A stretch of 62,749 nt of DNA, counting the filler, from Candidatus Woesearchaeota archaeon (GTDB taxonomy: Archaea; Nanobdellota; Nanobdellia; Woesearchaeales; GCA-2687795): NCBI GenBank assembly GCA_030753365.1. It is 5 parts of 5 records of this genome, joined end to end, with 100 filler letters (N's around TTAATTAATTAA, not from the genome) between each part and the next. Parts side by side here need not be neighbours in the genome. Positions count along the whole stretch, not along the records: positions 26,721 to 38,877 come from JASMCJ010000064.1; positions 38,978 to 51,059 come from JASMCJ010000065.1; 3 more parts are not named here. One strand, written 5' to 3'. The translations under genes and the position numbers were made by a program. The notes below the pieces were generated by a model. That model was given only the letters and a program-made list of their open reading frames with translations, had not been told where the DNA came from and searched no databases. Of the stretch, positions 30,596-40,968 are shown in pieces. How positions within the stretch are numbered: position 1 is the stretch's first letter; the number at the start of each line of letters is the position of its first letter.

Positions 30596-30723
30596 GCCGG
30601 AGTAGCTCAGCCTGGTTAGAGCGCTACGCTCATATGAATTGAGCAATGAGACTTAGGTCGATGATTAACTCACGTATTAACTGGGTCACGTAGAGGTCGG
30701 GAGTTCAAATCACCCCTCCGGCA
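30596..30723 (+). tRNA. tRNA-Met(CAT), elongator type, with a 53-nt intron at 37/38 (30635-30687)
   Basis: Acceptor stem GCCGGAG/CTCCGGC; anticodon stem CTACG/CGTAG; CTCA pairs with intron TGGG (BHB); one A-A mismatch in the T-stem. Confidence 0.9.
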
Positions 30724-30783
30724 CCTTTTTTTAATTTTAGTAAACTTTAAATATTGAACCTCATCCCTTCTTAGTACTGCAAA

Positions 30784-31263
30784 ATGATAAAACCTTATAG
30801 CCCTAATTTAACACAAAGAGTCCAAACTTATTCTGGAATAGCTGCAGAAGCAATTCCTTTAAGAAATATTGATATTGTAATCTATTCAGCATTTTCTACT
30901 CTTGACCACAGCTTAGACAGGGGATTACAAATAGTTGTAGAAGGCTATAAAGGCCTTACTCAATCTATAAAAGATTATATCTGTTATTCAAAAAGGGGCA
31001 GGATGAGAGAAAAACAACAAAGAGCAAAAGAATTAGAACAAAAAAGACAAAAAAGGGAAGAACGCATGAAAAACCTCAGTGGCGGAAGCAAATATGCACA
31101 AAAATCCGAAGATGGCAATCAAGCATTCTGGAAAAATAACCCTAATAATAAAAAACCTAAAAAAGAGAAAACGCCTAATCCACATGACTCAGATAGATAC
31201 GACATAGATGACCTATATGATCTATATAGAAGACTGCGTAGGTTTAAGGAAAGAGGATTATAG
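30784..31263 (+). CDS. Hypothetical protein
   Basis: 159-aa ORF with a basic coiled-coil segment. Confidence 0.5.
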   Translation: MIKPYSPNLTQRVQTYSGIAAEAIPLRNIDIVIYSAFSTLDHSLDRGLQIVVEGYKGLTQSIKDYICYSKRGRMREKQQRAKELEQKRQKREERMKNLSGGSKYAQKSEDGNQAFWKNNPNNKKPKKEKTPNPHDSDRYDIDDLYDLYRRLRRFKERGL

Positions 31264-31297
31264 AAAGTTATTTTAACTCATACACAACCATTCTTCT

Positions 31298-31693
31298 ATG
31301 CAAAAAGTACTCATCTTCGGAACATATGACATAATCCATCCAGGCCATCTCAACTTCTTCAATCAGGCAAGGAAACACGGCAAACTAACAATAATAATCT
31401 CAAGAGACAAGACCGTAAAGCAGGTTAAAGGAAAACTTCCTTTAAACAACGAAACCAAAAGGCTAGCCAATCTAAAAAGCCTTAACATTACAGAAAACAT
31501 CTTTCTAGGCAACCTAAAAGACAAATATGGAATAATAAAACAGCTAAAGCCTGATGTAATCTGTTTAGGCTATGATCAGGAGCATTTCATTGACAAGTTA
31601 AAGCAAAAAATCAAAGAATTCAACCTAACCACCAAACTAATAAGATTAAAGCCTTACAAAGAGAAGAAATATAAAAGCTCGAAGCTAAAATAA
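31298..31693 (+). CDS. ribL: FAD synthase (cytidylyltransferase family)
   Basis: FGTYDIIHPGH, PDVICLGYDQ, YKSS. Confidence 0.85.
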   Translation: MQKVLIFGTYDIIHPGHLNFFNQARKHGKLTIIISRDKTVKQVKGKLPLNNETKRLANLKSLNITENIFLGNLKDKYGIIKQLKPDVICLGYDQEHFIDKLKQKIKEFNLTTKLIRLKPYKEKKYKSSKLK

Positions 31694-31730
31694 TAAGATT
31701 AATAAACATCAAATATTTTTATAACCCAAC

Positions 31731-32696
31731 ATGAAAAAAAGAGGTAGAAAAAAAGTAGGCATTGCGCTAAGCTCTGGTTCTGTGAGAGGTCTATCCCATA
31801 TAGGTGTTCTCAAGGTATTGGAAAAGGAAAAAATTCCTATAGATTACATAGCTGCTACCTCTGTAGGTGCTGTTGTAGGCGCATGTTACGCATCAGGCAT
31901 GAATGTTAACAAGATAGAAGAAACAATTAAAACAACCAAATTAAAGAAGCTTATGGATTTCACAGTCCCTAAAACAGGCTTCCTTGCTGGAAAGGAAATA
32001 GAAAAGTTTCTAGGCTCCATACTTGACTACAAGAATTTTGATGAACTCTCCACCCCATTATCAATAATAGTAACTGAAATCAACAAGGGAGAAAAAATCA
32101 TACTAAACAAAGGCAGCGTTGCTCTGGCTGCCAGAGCTTCTCTCTCCATTCCAGGTGTTTTTTCTCCTGTTATAATAGATGATAATGTGCTTATTGATGG
32201 CAACCTTGTTGACCCTATTCCCATTGATGTTGTTAAAGAGATGGGTGCTGACATTATCATAGCAGTTGACCTAAGCATAGACATTCTGCAGGGAAATCTT
32301 TCTAATCTTGAGCAGGGCTCTAAATTTGTTAAAGTATTTGAAAGGAAGTTTATAAGCACAGAACTAAAATATTTAAAGGGCTTTATCAGAAAAAAGAGAT
32401 TAAAGATTCCTTATTTTATGTGGAGGATGCTGGATACAAAGAAGATTATAGATTATCTTACTGGCAGAAAAATCCCAAAAATAGTGGATTACACCATAAA
32501 ATCTCTAGACATTCTTGAAAACCAGCTTGCAAAAGAAAGGCTGAAAAGCCCATTTGTTGATGTTATAATAAAGCCAAGCTTTCAGGGAGTAAGAATGGTA
32601 GAATTCGACAAGGCGCAGCACTGCATAGTAGCAGGAGAAATAGCTGCTGGAGAAATGGTTCCTAAGATTAAAAGATTGTTGGATGGTTCAAGATAG
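31731..32696 (+). CDS. Patatin-like phospholipase (RssA/NTE type)
   Basis: SSGSVRGLSHIGV, ATSVG, DGN (variant motifs). Confidence 0.85.
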   Translation: MKKRGRKKVGIALSSGSVRGLSHIGVLKVLEKEKIPIDYIAATSVGAVVGACYASGMNVNKIEETIKTTKLKKLMDFTVPKTGFLAGKEIEKFLGSILDYKNFDELSTPLSIIVTEINKGEKIILNKGSVALAARASLSIPGVFSPVIIDDNVLIDGNLVDPIPIDVVKEMGADIIIAVDLSIDILQGNLSNLEQGSKFVKVFERKFISTELKYLKGFIRKKRLKIPYFMWRMLDTKKIIDYLTGRKIPKIVDYTIKSLDILENQLAKERLKSPFVDVIIKPSFQGVRMVEFDKAQHCIVAGEIAAGEMVPKIKRLLDGSR

Positions 32697-32698
32697 TT

Positions 32699-34010
32699 CT
32701 AAGGACCATACCTAAGCATAGTCCTTGGGAAAGCTATAGCATCCTTAATATTATCTAAGTTACAAATCCACTTAACCAATCTTTCTACACCAAGCCCAAA
32801 CCCACCATGAGGCACAGAACCATACTTTCTAGTATCTAAATAGAACTCATAATCCTTAATATCTTCTCCTTGCTCCTCTAATCTCTTAATAATCTTCTTA
32901 ATATCATGCTCTCTCTGCGAGCCTCCAATTATTTCTCCATGTCCTTCAGGCGCAAGGAAATCACAGCCTAGCACAACATCAGGATTCTTCTCATCTTCCC
33001 TCATATAAAATGCTTTTACAATCTTAGGATAATGCGTAACAATAATAGGGACATCATACAGCTTAGTAAGCGCTTCCTCTTCTAAAGTTCTAAGGTCCTT
33101 GCCCCACTCCAGCTCCATCTTGCACTTCTCTTTCAAAATTTTTAAAGCCTCATTATAAGTCATCCTTTTGAAAGGTTTATCTATAATTGGTTTGAGTTTT
33201 TCAACATCCCTCTTCAAAGTCTCCAATTCTGCTTTATTCTCTTCAAGCACAGTCTTAACAACATGCTTAATCAGTCCTTCACCCACATCAATCACATCAC
33301 CAAAATCAGCCCATGTAATCTCCATCTCAGCATGCCAGTACCCAGTCAAATGCTTTGAAGTCTTAGACTTCTCTGCCCTAAACGATGGCGCAATAGTATA
33401 AATATTCTCCAACGCAAAAATCATAGCTTCCGCATGTAACTGCCATGTCTGCGCTAAAAACAATGGATGCCCAAAATAATTCACTTTAAACAAAGTACTT
33501 CCACCTTCGCACTGTGAGCTCATAAAAATAGGGCTTTGGTGTTCATAGAATCCATTTTTTCTAAAATAATCATGAATAGCCCCAAACACAGTACTCCTAA
33601 CCTTCATAATTGCAGTCATCTTTCTGCTTCTCAGCCAAAGATGCCTAACATCCAATAAATATTCCTCAGAAAAATCCTTACCAATAGGAAACTCATTACT
33701 CTCTCCAACCACTTCAAAATCTTTAACATGAATCTCATAACCAACAGGTGACCTTGGCTCTTCTCTAACTTCACCAAATATTCTTAATGAATACTCCACC
33801 TGTATTTTATCAGCAGTCTTAAACTTCTCTTCACCAACAATCTCTTTTTCAATAACACACTGTATAATTGCTGAAAAATCTCTTAATTGGATAAACTTTA
33901 ATGCATTACTCCCTCTCTCTCTCTCTATGAACCCATCCATGTATAGTAACATCTCCTGATTTCTTCTCAATAGCTTCCTTTATCTGAATATCCTGCTTCA
34001 TGCTTTCCAT
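32699..34010 (-). CDS. asnS: Asparagine--tRNA ligase, frameshifted at an (AG)7 tract (33913-33926)
   Basis: N-terminus MESMK..GWVHRER in one frame, the rest (FRAEKS, EIIGGSQRE, YGSVPHGGFGLGVER) in another. Confidence 0.88.
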
Positions 34011-34106
34011 AACCCTAAAGAATGAAGTATTATTTTAAAGTCTTTTTGTTTCTCTTATAGAAAACCTTTTAAACCCTCTATACATAGAACATTTTGGTTT
34101 AAAAAA

Positions 34107-35345
34107 ATGGGGTGGACTCTGGACATTATCTCTCTGATATTCTTATTATTCCTATCTGGCTTCTTTTCAGGCTCTGAAGTAGCCCTAATAAGCCTCACAG
34201 ACATTAAAGTCAAGCATATGCTAAAGAAGAAGAGGTTTGGAGCCTTATTCATCAAAAAGCTCAAAGACAACCCTCAAAGAATGCTTGCAACAATTCTAAT
34301 CGGCAACAACCTTGTAAACATTCTTGCCTCAGCAATAACCACTGCTTTTATGCTAAAGCTCTTCCAGGATTATGCTATTGCCATAGCAACAGGTGTAACA
34401 ACCCTATTCATCCTAATCTTTGGTGAAATAACTCCTAAATCCATTGCCGCCAAGAACAATGAAGTCATATCTCAATTGACTGCTATTCCTGTATGGTACA
34501 TGAGCATAGTATTCACCCCTATTTTGTTTGTTCTTGACAAATCCATCAACAAATTCATGAAAATCACTGGAATCCCTTCCTCAGAAAAGTCAATCACTGA
34601 AGAAGAAATCATGACTATAATAAAAGACGCAGAAAGAGGCGGTTCAATAAGAAAAATAGAGAAAAACCTAATAAACAACGTCTTTGAATTTGACAACACC
34701 AATGTCAGTAAGATAATCACACCTTTAACAGACCTAATTATGGTAAACTCTCAATCAAAAGTGCATGATGCAATAAAACTCATCCAAAAGAAAAACTACT
34801 CCAGACTGCCAGTCTATGGCAATCATAAAGACAATATTATAGGCATAGTTTATCTCAAGGACATGATAAAATACATTGGAAGCAAGAACAGAAACCTTAA
34901 AGTTAGCAAGATAATGAAAACTCCTTACTTTGTGCCTGAAACAAAAAGGATTAGCAGCCTTCTCAGACAGTTCCAGAAAAGGAAAGAGCAGATGGCAATT
35001 GTAATAGACGAACATGGCTCCTTCACAGGCATAATCACCTTAGAAGACATATTGGAAGAAATAGTTGGTGAAATAAGAGACGAAACTGAAAAGCACATCC
35101 CTGGAATCAGAAAAACAAAAAAGAATGTCTGGGTAGTAGAAGGAAAAACAGACATTGACGAAATCAATGAAAAGCTCAAGATGAACATCAAAGGCGGGCA
35201 TTATGACACCATAAGCGGTTTCATCCTTCATCATACTGGAAAAATCCCTAAACAAGGCGAAGAAATCAAATACAGAAAATTTAGGCTCAGAATTGAAGAA
35301 CGAAAAGGCCATAGGATTTCTAAGATTAGAATTGAGAAGGTTTAA
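34107..35345 (+). CDS. Hemolysin/CNNM family protein (DUF21-CBS-CorC)
   Basis: FFSGSEVA, FGEITPK, YSRLPVY, TLEDILEEIVGEI. Confidence 0.93.
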   Translation: MGWTLDIISLIFLLFLSGFFSGSEVALISLTDIKVKHMLKKKRFGALFIKKLKDNPQRMLATILIGNNLVNILASAITTAFMLKLFQDYAIAIATGVTTLFILIFGEITPKSIAAKNNEVISQLTAIPVWYMSIVFTPILFVLDKSINKFMKITGIPSSEKSITEEEIMTIIKDAERGGSIRKIEKNLINNVFEFDNTNVSKIITPLTDLIMVNSQSKVHDAIKLIQKKNYSRLPVYGNHKDNIIGIVYLKDMIKYIGSKNRNLKVSKIMKTPYFVPETKRISSLLRQFQKRKEQMAIVIDEHGSFTGIITLEDILEEIVGEIRDETEKHIPGIRKTKKNVWVVEGKTDIDEINEKLKMNIKGGHYDTISGFILHHTGKIPKQGEEIKYRKFRLRIEERKGHRISKIRIEKV

Positions 35346-35853
35346 AAAAGAAAAATTAATCATCACCTTATTTCATATTGATGTAACAAAACTTAAACTG
35401 GCAGAAGTTGAAAAAATATTGAAATTATCAAAGATTTCCACGAAATCAAGGCTTGTTTTTATCACTCTTGAAAGAGACTTTTCATTCCTTGCAAAAACTT
35501 TGCCAAAAATCCTTAATATCATCAATCCAAGTGTAGGGGAAGTCCTTAGGATTGTAGAAGGCAGAGAGAGATTCAAGATACTAGTTGACCATTCAAAGAA
35601 GGATGAGATCCTATCATTAGTAAATAAAAGCTATGTAACGGACATAGTGGAGAATCTTGCGGAGATTAACATCCACTTTACAGGAGATTATGTTAACGTA
35701 AGAGGTATAAGATCTACAATATTAAATGAAATTTCTATAAACAATATTGATGTTGATGAAACAATCAGCTGTTTACCAGAATTCATGATCATCCTTAAAG
35801 AAAAGGACATTGGGAAAGCACACGATACACTGCTATCATTCTTCTATAAATAA
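35293..35853 (+). CDS. ACT-domain-like protein, probably N-terminally truncated
   Basis: C-terminal ACT-like pattern (LAEINIHF..GI...ILNEISINNIDV.ETIS); no clean ATG start. Confidence 0.45.
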   Translation: MKNEKAIGFLRLELRRFKKEKLIITLFHIDVTKLKLAEVEKILKLSKISTKSRLVFITLERDFSFLAKTLPKILNIINPSVGEVLRIVEGRERFKILVDHSKKDEILSLVNKSYVTDIVENLAEINIHFTGDYVNVRGIRSTILNEISINNIDVDETISCLPEFMIILKEKDIGKAHDTLLSFFYK

Positions 35854-35858
35854 ATTAC

Positions 35859-36725
35859 TCATAAAGTCAAAACCTTAACCTTATCATCTACTTTCAAAGT
35901 ATGCTCTGCTTGGCTTACTAACCCATTTTCTTTTTCCACTAAAGGTGGATATTCTTTTAATATTTTCAACTTTTTAAACTGGTTTAATGCAAGATTAACC
36001 TTTGGCAGTGAAGAACCAAGCCATCTCTTAGTGAATGGTAACCCATTATATTCTTCTATCTTGTTAAGTATCTGCCTTACAAAAGGCACTCTCACAGGCT
36101 TAATCTCATTTATAGAAAACACATTAGGCAACCCTTTCTCATGTATTAATCCTACACCTTTTGTTGCGAACGGTTCTATTGCGATTATTTGACCCTTTTC
36201 TAACTTTGTATCATCTTCTGTATCATAATTAGGCACAGTAGGAAAAGAATGTATATTATATTCATCTAATCCATGCCCTGAAAGATTCTTCACAGGCTTA
36301 AACCCATAGCTTTCTATGGTTTCTTGTATAGTCTTGCCTATTTCACTTAAAGTGGTTCCGATCTGTGTAATTTTAATTGCATTATCTAAAGCCTTCCTTG
36401 AAGCTTCTGTTAATTCTTTATTCTTTCCTGAAAGGTCTATAGTGCATGCATTATCACCTATAAAACCATCAACATGAACACCAACATCTAAAGAAACTAA
36501 TTGATTGCTAAAAACAGTCTCATCATCAGGAGGAGCACAGTAATGCGCAGCAATATCATCCATAGAAATCTGAACTGGGAATGCAGGTTTAGCTCCTAAT
36601 TCAAATATTTTAGCTTCTATTTTATTAGTTGCATCTAATAGAAGTGTATCCTTCTTAATTAATGACTTGCCATACTCTAACACTTCTCTAGCAATCTTGC
36701 CAGCTTTCTCATAGTTATCTTCCAT
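35859..36725 (-). CDS. map: Type II methionine aminopeptidase
   Basis: AAHY, DVGVHVDGFIGD, LSGHG, IEPFAT, QAEHT. Confidence 0.96.
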   Translation of the reverse strand: MEDNYEKAGKIAREVLEYGKSLIKKDTLLLDATNKIEAKIFELGAKPAFPVQISMDDIAAHYCAPPDDETVFSNQLVSLDVGVHVDGFIGDNACTIDLSGKNKELTEASRKALDNAIKITQIGTTLSEIGKTIQETIESYGFKPVKNLSGHGLDEYNIHSFPTVPNYDTEDDTKLEKGQIIAIEPFATKGVGLIHEKGLPNVFSINEIKPVRVPFVRQILNKIEEYNGLPFTKRWLGSSLPKVNLALNQFKKLKILKEYPPLVEKENGLVSQAEHTLKVDDKVKVLTL

Positions 36726-37155
36726 ACAGAATGTATTTCCAAAGATGTTTAAATAGTTTGTTGTTTAAAGGAGTTTTTAGGATTTTCGAATTTTTGAAAA
36801 TGCCATATATTATTAACTAAGTTCAATAAAATAAAAGAATAAAGGGCAAAAACAAAAATAGATTTATTTAAAAGTATATTTTTTAAATTCAAAAGGATTG
36901 TAATTAAGATCATGAGATTTCGCTAATTCAGATAAAGTTTCATTTATACCCTAAATATAACCTTCAATTTGAACATATGCTAATTGTATTATATGTATAT
37001 TTACAAATTCAGCTTGGTTCATTATAATAATTATGTAACTATGCAGTAGCACATATATTTTTCTATTTTTGCCCTATCTAAAATGGCTTTTTTCTCGATT
37101 TCATATAACGGTGTTATATGAGTTTTCTGAAAGAAAAATAAGAAATCACAATAAA

Positions 37156-37767
37156 CTACTCATCATCATCTTCTTCCCCTTCCCTTCTGATAACCTTCAC
37201 AGAATCCAGTTTAACAGTAATAGGAATCGGGACAGCAGCTTCAAGCAGCTCAACCACAACATCTCCTTTAGTCTGGTCAATCCTTGTAACCTTTGCATTC
37301 TCTCTCTTGAAAGGTCCTGCTATAATCTCAACAATATCATTCTTCTTAATATTAACATCCTTCTTAACCTGTTCAAGCATATGCTCAATCTCCTTATAAT
37401 CAATCTCCTTTGTAAGAACTCCTCTTGCATACGGAACATTAAACGCAGCCTGTTCAGCATCATTCAATGAAGCCGCTTCAATAAAAATATAGCCTCTCAT
37501 ACCATGCGGCCTAATAACAGAATAAACCTCTAACTTTTTCTTAACAGCATTAGAACTAACAAAATCCATAACCTGATCTTCCCTATTAGCAGTAGTCCTC
37601 AGCGCAAATATGTGCTGTGGCTTTTCTTCTCCTGCCTTATTATCTTCTGTATCAGGTTTTTTCTCTTCTTCTACCTTCTTTTCCTCTATCTCTTCTGATA
37701 CCTCACTCTCTGGTTTAGTCTCAGAATCATCTAAAGGTCCTTTAGGTTTATTTTCTTCTTCTGCCAT
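37156..37767 (-). CDS. spt5: Transcription elongation factor Spt5
   Basis: NGN domain (RGYIFIEA) plus KOW (VEIIAGPFK); acidic N-terminal extension. Confidence 0.95.
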   Translation of the reverse strand: MAEEENKPKGPLDDSETKPESEVSEEIEEKKVEEEKKPDTEDNKAGEEKPQHIFALRTTANREDQVMDFVSSNAVKKKLEVYSVIRPHGMRGYIFIEAASLNDAEQAAFNVPYARGVLTKEIDYKEIEHMLEQVKKDVNIKKNDIVEIIAGPFKRENAKVTRIDQTKGDVVVELLEAAVPIPITVKLDSVKVIRREGEEDDDE

Positions 37768-37769
37768 TT

Positions 37770-37973
37770 TTATGTAAAAAATAATTGCTTTATAGTTTGT
37801 ATAATAAATCCAATCAATCCAATAACAATCATCCCTAACCCGCTCACCTTAACAATAGTCTTAAACTCTGTATTAGATGGTTTTTTAGTAACCTTTAAAA
37901 CTCTTTTGCATTCTATAATAAATCTTTTGAGCTTAAAAAGCAAATTAGGTTTCTTCTCTTCATCCATTTTCAT
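37770..37973 (-). CDS. secE: Protein translocase SecE/Sec61-gamma
   Basis: RVLKVTKKPS..EF...KVSGLG.IVIGLIGF. Confidence 0.93.
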   Translation of the reverse strand: MKMDEEKKPNLLFKLKRFIIECKRVLKVTKKPSNTEFKTIVKVSGLGMIVIGLIGFIIQTIKQLFFT

Positions 37974-38018
37974 AATTTACGCGTTTATATACCTTATATT
38001 GCTAATTTATTTAAAAAC

Positions 38019-38816
38019 TTAACCTATATAATCAATACCTTCTCCGCCTAATTTGCCTTTCAGTTTCTTAATAGCAGTCTGCTTTGAAACATCACTGATA
38101 TCCTTAGTCCTCTTAAGCAGGTCTGATTCCAACTGGTCAATCTCTTTATCAATCTCATTCATGTTAATCCCTAGTTCAAACCTTTTCTCAAGTATCTTCA
38201 AAATCTCTCTTGCGCCTTTAACTCCCAAGTACATCGGATGCCCATACGTTTCAGCTAAGAACGATATAGCCCCAATCTTCCTCTTATCAGCAAGCCCCAA
38301 TAAAAGTCCTGTCACTCCCACAATAGGGCCAACAACACCATACAGGTTCTCATTAAAGCTACCCAGTTTCTTATACCTCTTAACAATATTTGAGTTATTA
38401 GCAGTAGCATACACCTTAGGTTTCTTAGGAATCTCCCCTAAGCCAATCCCTCCCAGTGTCACGATTTCTTTGCACTTAAACGTTTCAACAATATCCAAGA
38501 TTTTCTCAGAAAAGTCATACGAGCTGACCTCATCAGTAGGCTGCACATCCCCTGTTAACAATAACAAATCGTTCTTAGCCAATTTGACATAATATACCTT
38601 AATAGATGGCAGTTCCACTAAATTTTCCTCATTAACAAACACTGAATGCGGCATAGTATATGAAAAAAACTCATACAGCTCCTTAGCCTCCAGTTTCTCT
38701 ATAATAAAATCCACTGCAACCTTTCCAACATTTCCAATGCCTGGCAACCCTTCTATAAAGATAGGATTCCTCAGAACTGGCTGTTTTTCAAGCTGATTTA
38801 CTTTCCATGAAGTCAT
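38019..38816 (-). CDS. PAC2 family proteasome assembly chaperone
   Basis: IEGLPGIGNVGK, GDVQP, TLGG. Confidence 0.9.
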   Translation of the reverse strand: MTSWKVNQLEKQPVLRNPIFIEGLPGIGNVGKVAVDFIIEKLEAKELYEFFSYTMPHSVFVNEENLVELPSIKVYYVKLAKNDLLLLTGDVQPTDEVSSYDFSEKILDIVETFKCKEIVTLGGIGLGEIPKKPKVYATANNSNIVKRYKKLGSFNENLYGVVGPIVGVTGLLLGLADKRKIGAISFLAETYGHPMYLGVKGAREILKILEKRFELGINMNEIDKEIDQLESDLLKRTKDISDVSKQTAIKKLKGKLGGEGIDYIG

Positions 38817-38977
38817 TTTATAACCCTATATATATCTGTATTTATAAGCTTAACTGATTATAACAACCCTTTTTCTTNNNNNNNNNNNNNNNNNNNNNNN
38901 NNNNNNNNNNNNNNNNNNNNNTTAATTAATTAANNNNNNNNNNNNNNNNNNNNNNNNNNNNNNNNNNNNNNNNNNNN

Positions 38978-39073
38978 AGCCAAAAGGAGCCTAAAACAGC
39001 CTTAATAGATGCTGCTAAGAGGCTTAAAAAAGTTGCAGATGACCTAGAGAAAGAATTTGCAAAAGCAGTATAA
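38978..39073 (+). CDS. rpoL: C-terminal fragment, probably RNA polymerase subunit L
   Basis: ..EPKTALIDAAKRLKKVADDLEKEF resembles the RpoL C-terminal helix; truncated by the gap. Confidence 0.5.
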   Translation, partial: SQKEPKTALIDAAKRLKKVADDLEKEFAKAV

Positions 39074-39088
39074 GAATCTTGTTTCAAG

Positions 39089-39682
39089 ATGAAACTAACT
39101 CTTGATGATGGAAAATCATTGATTAAGCTTGCAAGGAGTTCTATTTCTGAATTTTTTGATAAAAAAGAAATAAATGTTGATGAGTCAGTAAAAGAAAAGT
39201 ATTCAGAAAAGCAGGGAGTTTTTGTTACGCTTTATATGGATGATGAGCTGAGAGGTTGTATAGGCTTTCCTGAGCCGGTGCTGCCTTTATATCAAGCTGT
39301 TGTTGACGCTGCTAAAAGCGCGGCTTTTTCTGATCCAAGGTTCTTACCTCTAACAAAAGAAGAGTTTAAAGATGTTAGGATTGAGCTTTCAGTGCTCACT
39401 TTGCCTGAATTAGTTGAGGTTAAAGAGCCTGAAGAATATCTTAATATTATAGAAATAGGCAAGGATGGATTGATAATAAGAAACAGTTTTAATTCAGGGT
39501 TATTATTACCTATTGTAGCAGTTGAGTATAAGTGGGATGCTAAGACTTTCTTAGAAAATCTTTGTGGAAAGGCAGGCCTGTCAAATGATGCATGGAGAGA
39601 TTTAAACAATAAGGTTTATAGGTTTCAATCAAGAGTTTTCTCTGAAAAAGAGCCTGAAGGCGAAATTGTAGAGAAAATGTAG
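39089..39682 (+). CDS. AMMECR1-domain protein (AmmeMemoRadiSAM protein A type)
   Basis: GVFVTL..LRGCIG, DPRF, ELSVLT, GLLLP. Confidence 0.93.
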   Translation: MKLTLDDGKSLIKLARSSISEFFDKKEINVDESVKEKYSEKQGVFVTLYMDDELRGCIGFPEPVLPLYQAVVDAAKSAAFSDPRFLPLTKEEFKDVRIELSVLTLPELVEVKEPEEYLNIIEIGKDGLIIRNSFNSGLLLPIVAVEYKWDAKTFLENLCGKAGLSNDAWRDLNNKVYRFQSRVFSEKEPEGEIVEKM

Positions 39683-39761
39683 GTTTTTTCTCTCAAAAAA
39701 TCGTAAAATATATAAGTAAGTTAATTCAAAATAAGTATAAAATATATAAGAGGGGGTATAA

Positions 39762-40022
39762 ATGGGAAAAGTTGTAAATAAGTGTGGAGTAAAAAGAGCA
39801 AAAGGATATCTTTACTTCTTGGACAAAAAAGGCAATGTTGCCAGAGTACAGATGAAAAGAGCAGGGAAAAAGACTAGCAAAAAACAGGAAGTTGTTGCTA
39901 AAACAGGAATAAAAAGAAAGAATGGATTCCTATACTACATCGACAAGAAGGGTGACGTCTGCGAAGCAAAGATGAAGAGAGGCGGCACAAGAAAGAAGAA
40001 AGCTGCTAAGAAGAAGAAATGA
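39762..40022 (+). CDS. Small basic Cc1-like chromatin protein with a tandem domain duplication
   Basis: Two copies of GxKRxxG(Y/F)LY(F/Y)xDKKGxV...MKR; Lys-rich tail. Confidence 0.65.
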   Translation: MGKVVNKCGVKRAKGYLYFLDKKGNVARVQMKRAGKKTSKKQEVVAKTGIKRKNGFLYYIDKKGDVCEAKMKRGGTRKKKAAKKKK

Positions 40023-40122
40023 TAAAACCTTTTTAGGTTATTTTTTTGTTTTTATATTTTTATTTTGGTAGAGGGTCTTATTTGGTTTTTGATAGTCGCA
40101 AAAAAACTATAGACATATCAAT

Positions 40123-40824
40123 CTAATTATCTACAAATCTTAACGGAACACAACTAAAGCTATCTCTTAAGTATACATCCAATCCTTTCTGATAGAAATA
40201 ATCAGCAGTCTGAATTAGTAAATATTCTCCTTTCTTTATATGTTCGGGAGTAAGGTTAGGGTAATATGTATGTCTCTCTTCAATTGGCGCTGTTTTTTCT
40301 TTGTCATGCCTTTTTCTCATTAATCTTATTAATTCATTAGGTTCAAAGAGCCTGAATTCAAGTAAAATCTTTTCTTTAATAGATTTGGTTATTGATAGAT
40401 AGGTTAGGTCTAGTTCTAATTCAGAATAGTTTCTTTCATATATTGGATGATGATGAACAAATACTGGTATCTCTGTTCCATTATGTCTATAGCCTATGTA
40501 AAATAAAAGATGTGTTTCTGCAACTTTATGTTTCCCTTCTAGGAGTTCTTTAACCACAGGATTATCATACCATATCTCCTGGTCTTTTGTAAAGTCCCCT
40601 ATTACTGAGAAGCTTTCTTTTGATTCTAAAGCTGAATCATATCCACGAGCCTTAGCTACTAATGTTGACTTGCCTGTGCACATAAAACCTGTAACTAGCA
40701 GGTTCCTATCAAGAAATTCTGAGGGAAAATCTATGCCATATTCCCTTATCGTAGATGATTCTGGAACAAACCTATATCTTTTGCCATTAGGGAATTCTAT
40801 TTCCTTAAATTGGTTGTCTAACAT
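40123..40824 (-). CDS. Hypothetical protein with a P-loop
   Basis: VTGFMCTGKST Walker A motif. Confidence 0.55.
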   Translation of the reverse strand: MLDNQFKEIEFPNGKRYRFVPESSTIREYGIDFPSEFLDRNLLVTGFMCTGKSTLVAKARGYDSALESKESFSVIGDFTKDQEIWYDNPVVKELLEGKHKVAETHLLFYIGYRHNGTEIPVFVHHHPIYERNYSELELDLTYLSITKSIKEKILLEFRLFEPNELIRLMRKRHDKEKTAPIEERHTYYPNLTPEHIKKGEYLLIQTADYFYQKGLDVYLRDSFSCVPLRFVDN

Positions 40825-40968
40825 TTGATTTGTAACTGTTATTATTAGTTCTTGTAGGCCATTTTAGTTTATTATACTCAATGAAAACCAACTTTGTTTA
40901 TAAAGCTTGTTTAGAATTCTTTAAACAGCATATAATAAACTATAAATACTAATCTTCTCTAACTCACT

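Noticed and set aside
30401..30646. 81-aa minus-strand ORF
   Set aside because: Antisense to the HIT gene and tRNA-Met
36726..37155. 430-bp AT-rich intergenic region as a possible replication origin
   Set aside because: No ORB-like repeats or cdc6/orc1 gene seen; no convincing ORF or structure
38859..38877. Minus-strand ..EKGLL-stop, possibly the end of nop10 upstream of PAC2
   Set aside because: Only a few codons are visible before the gap, too little to call
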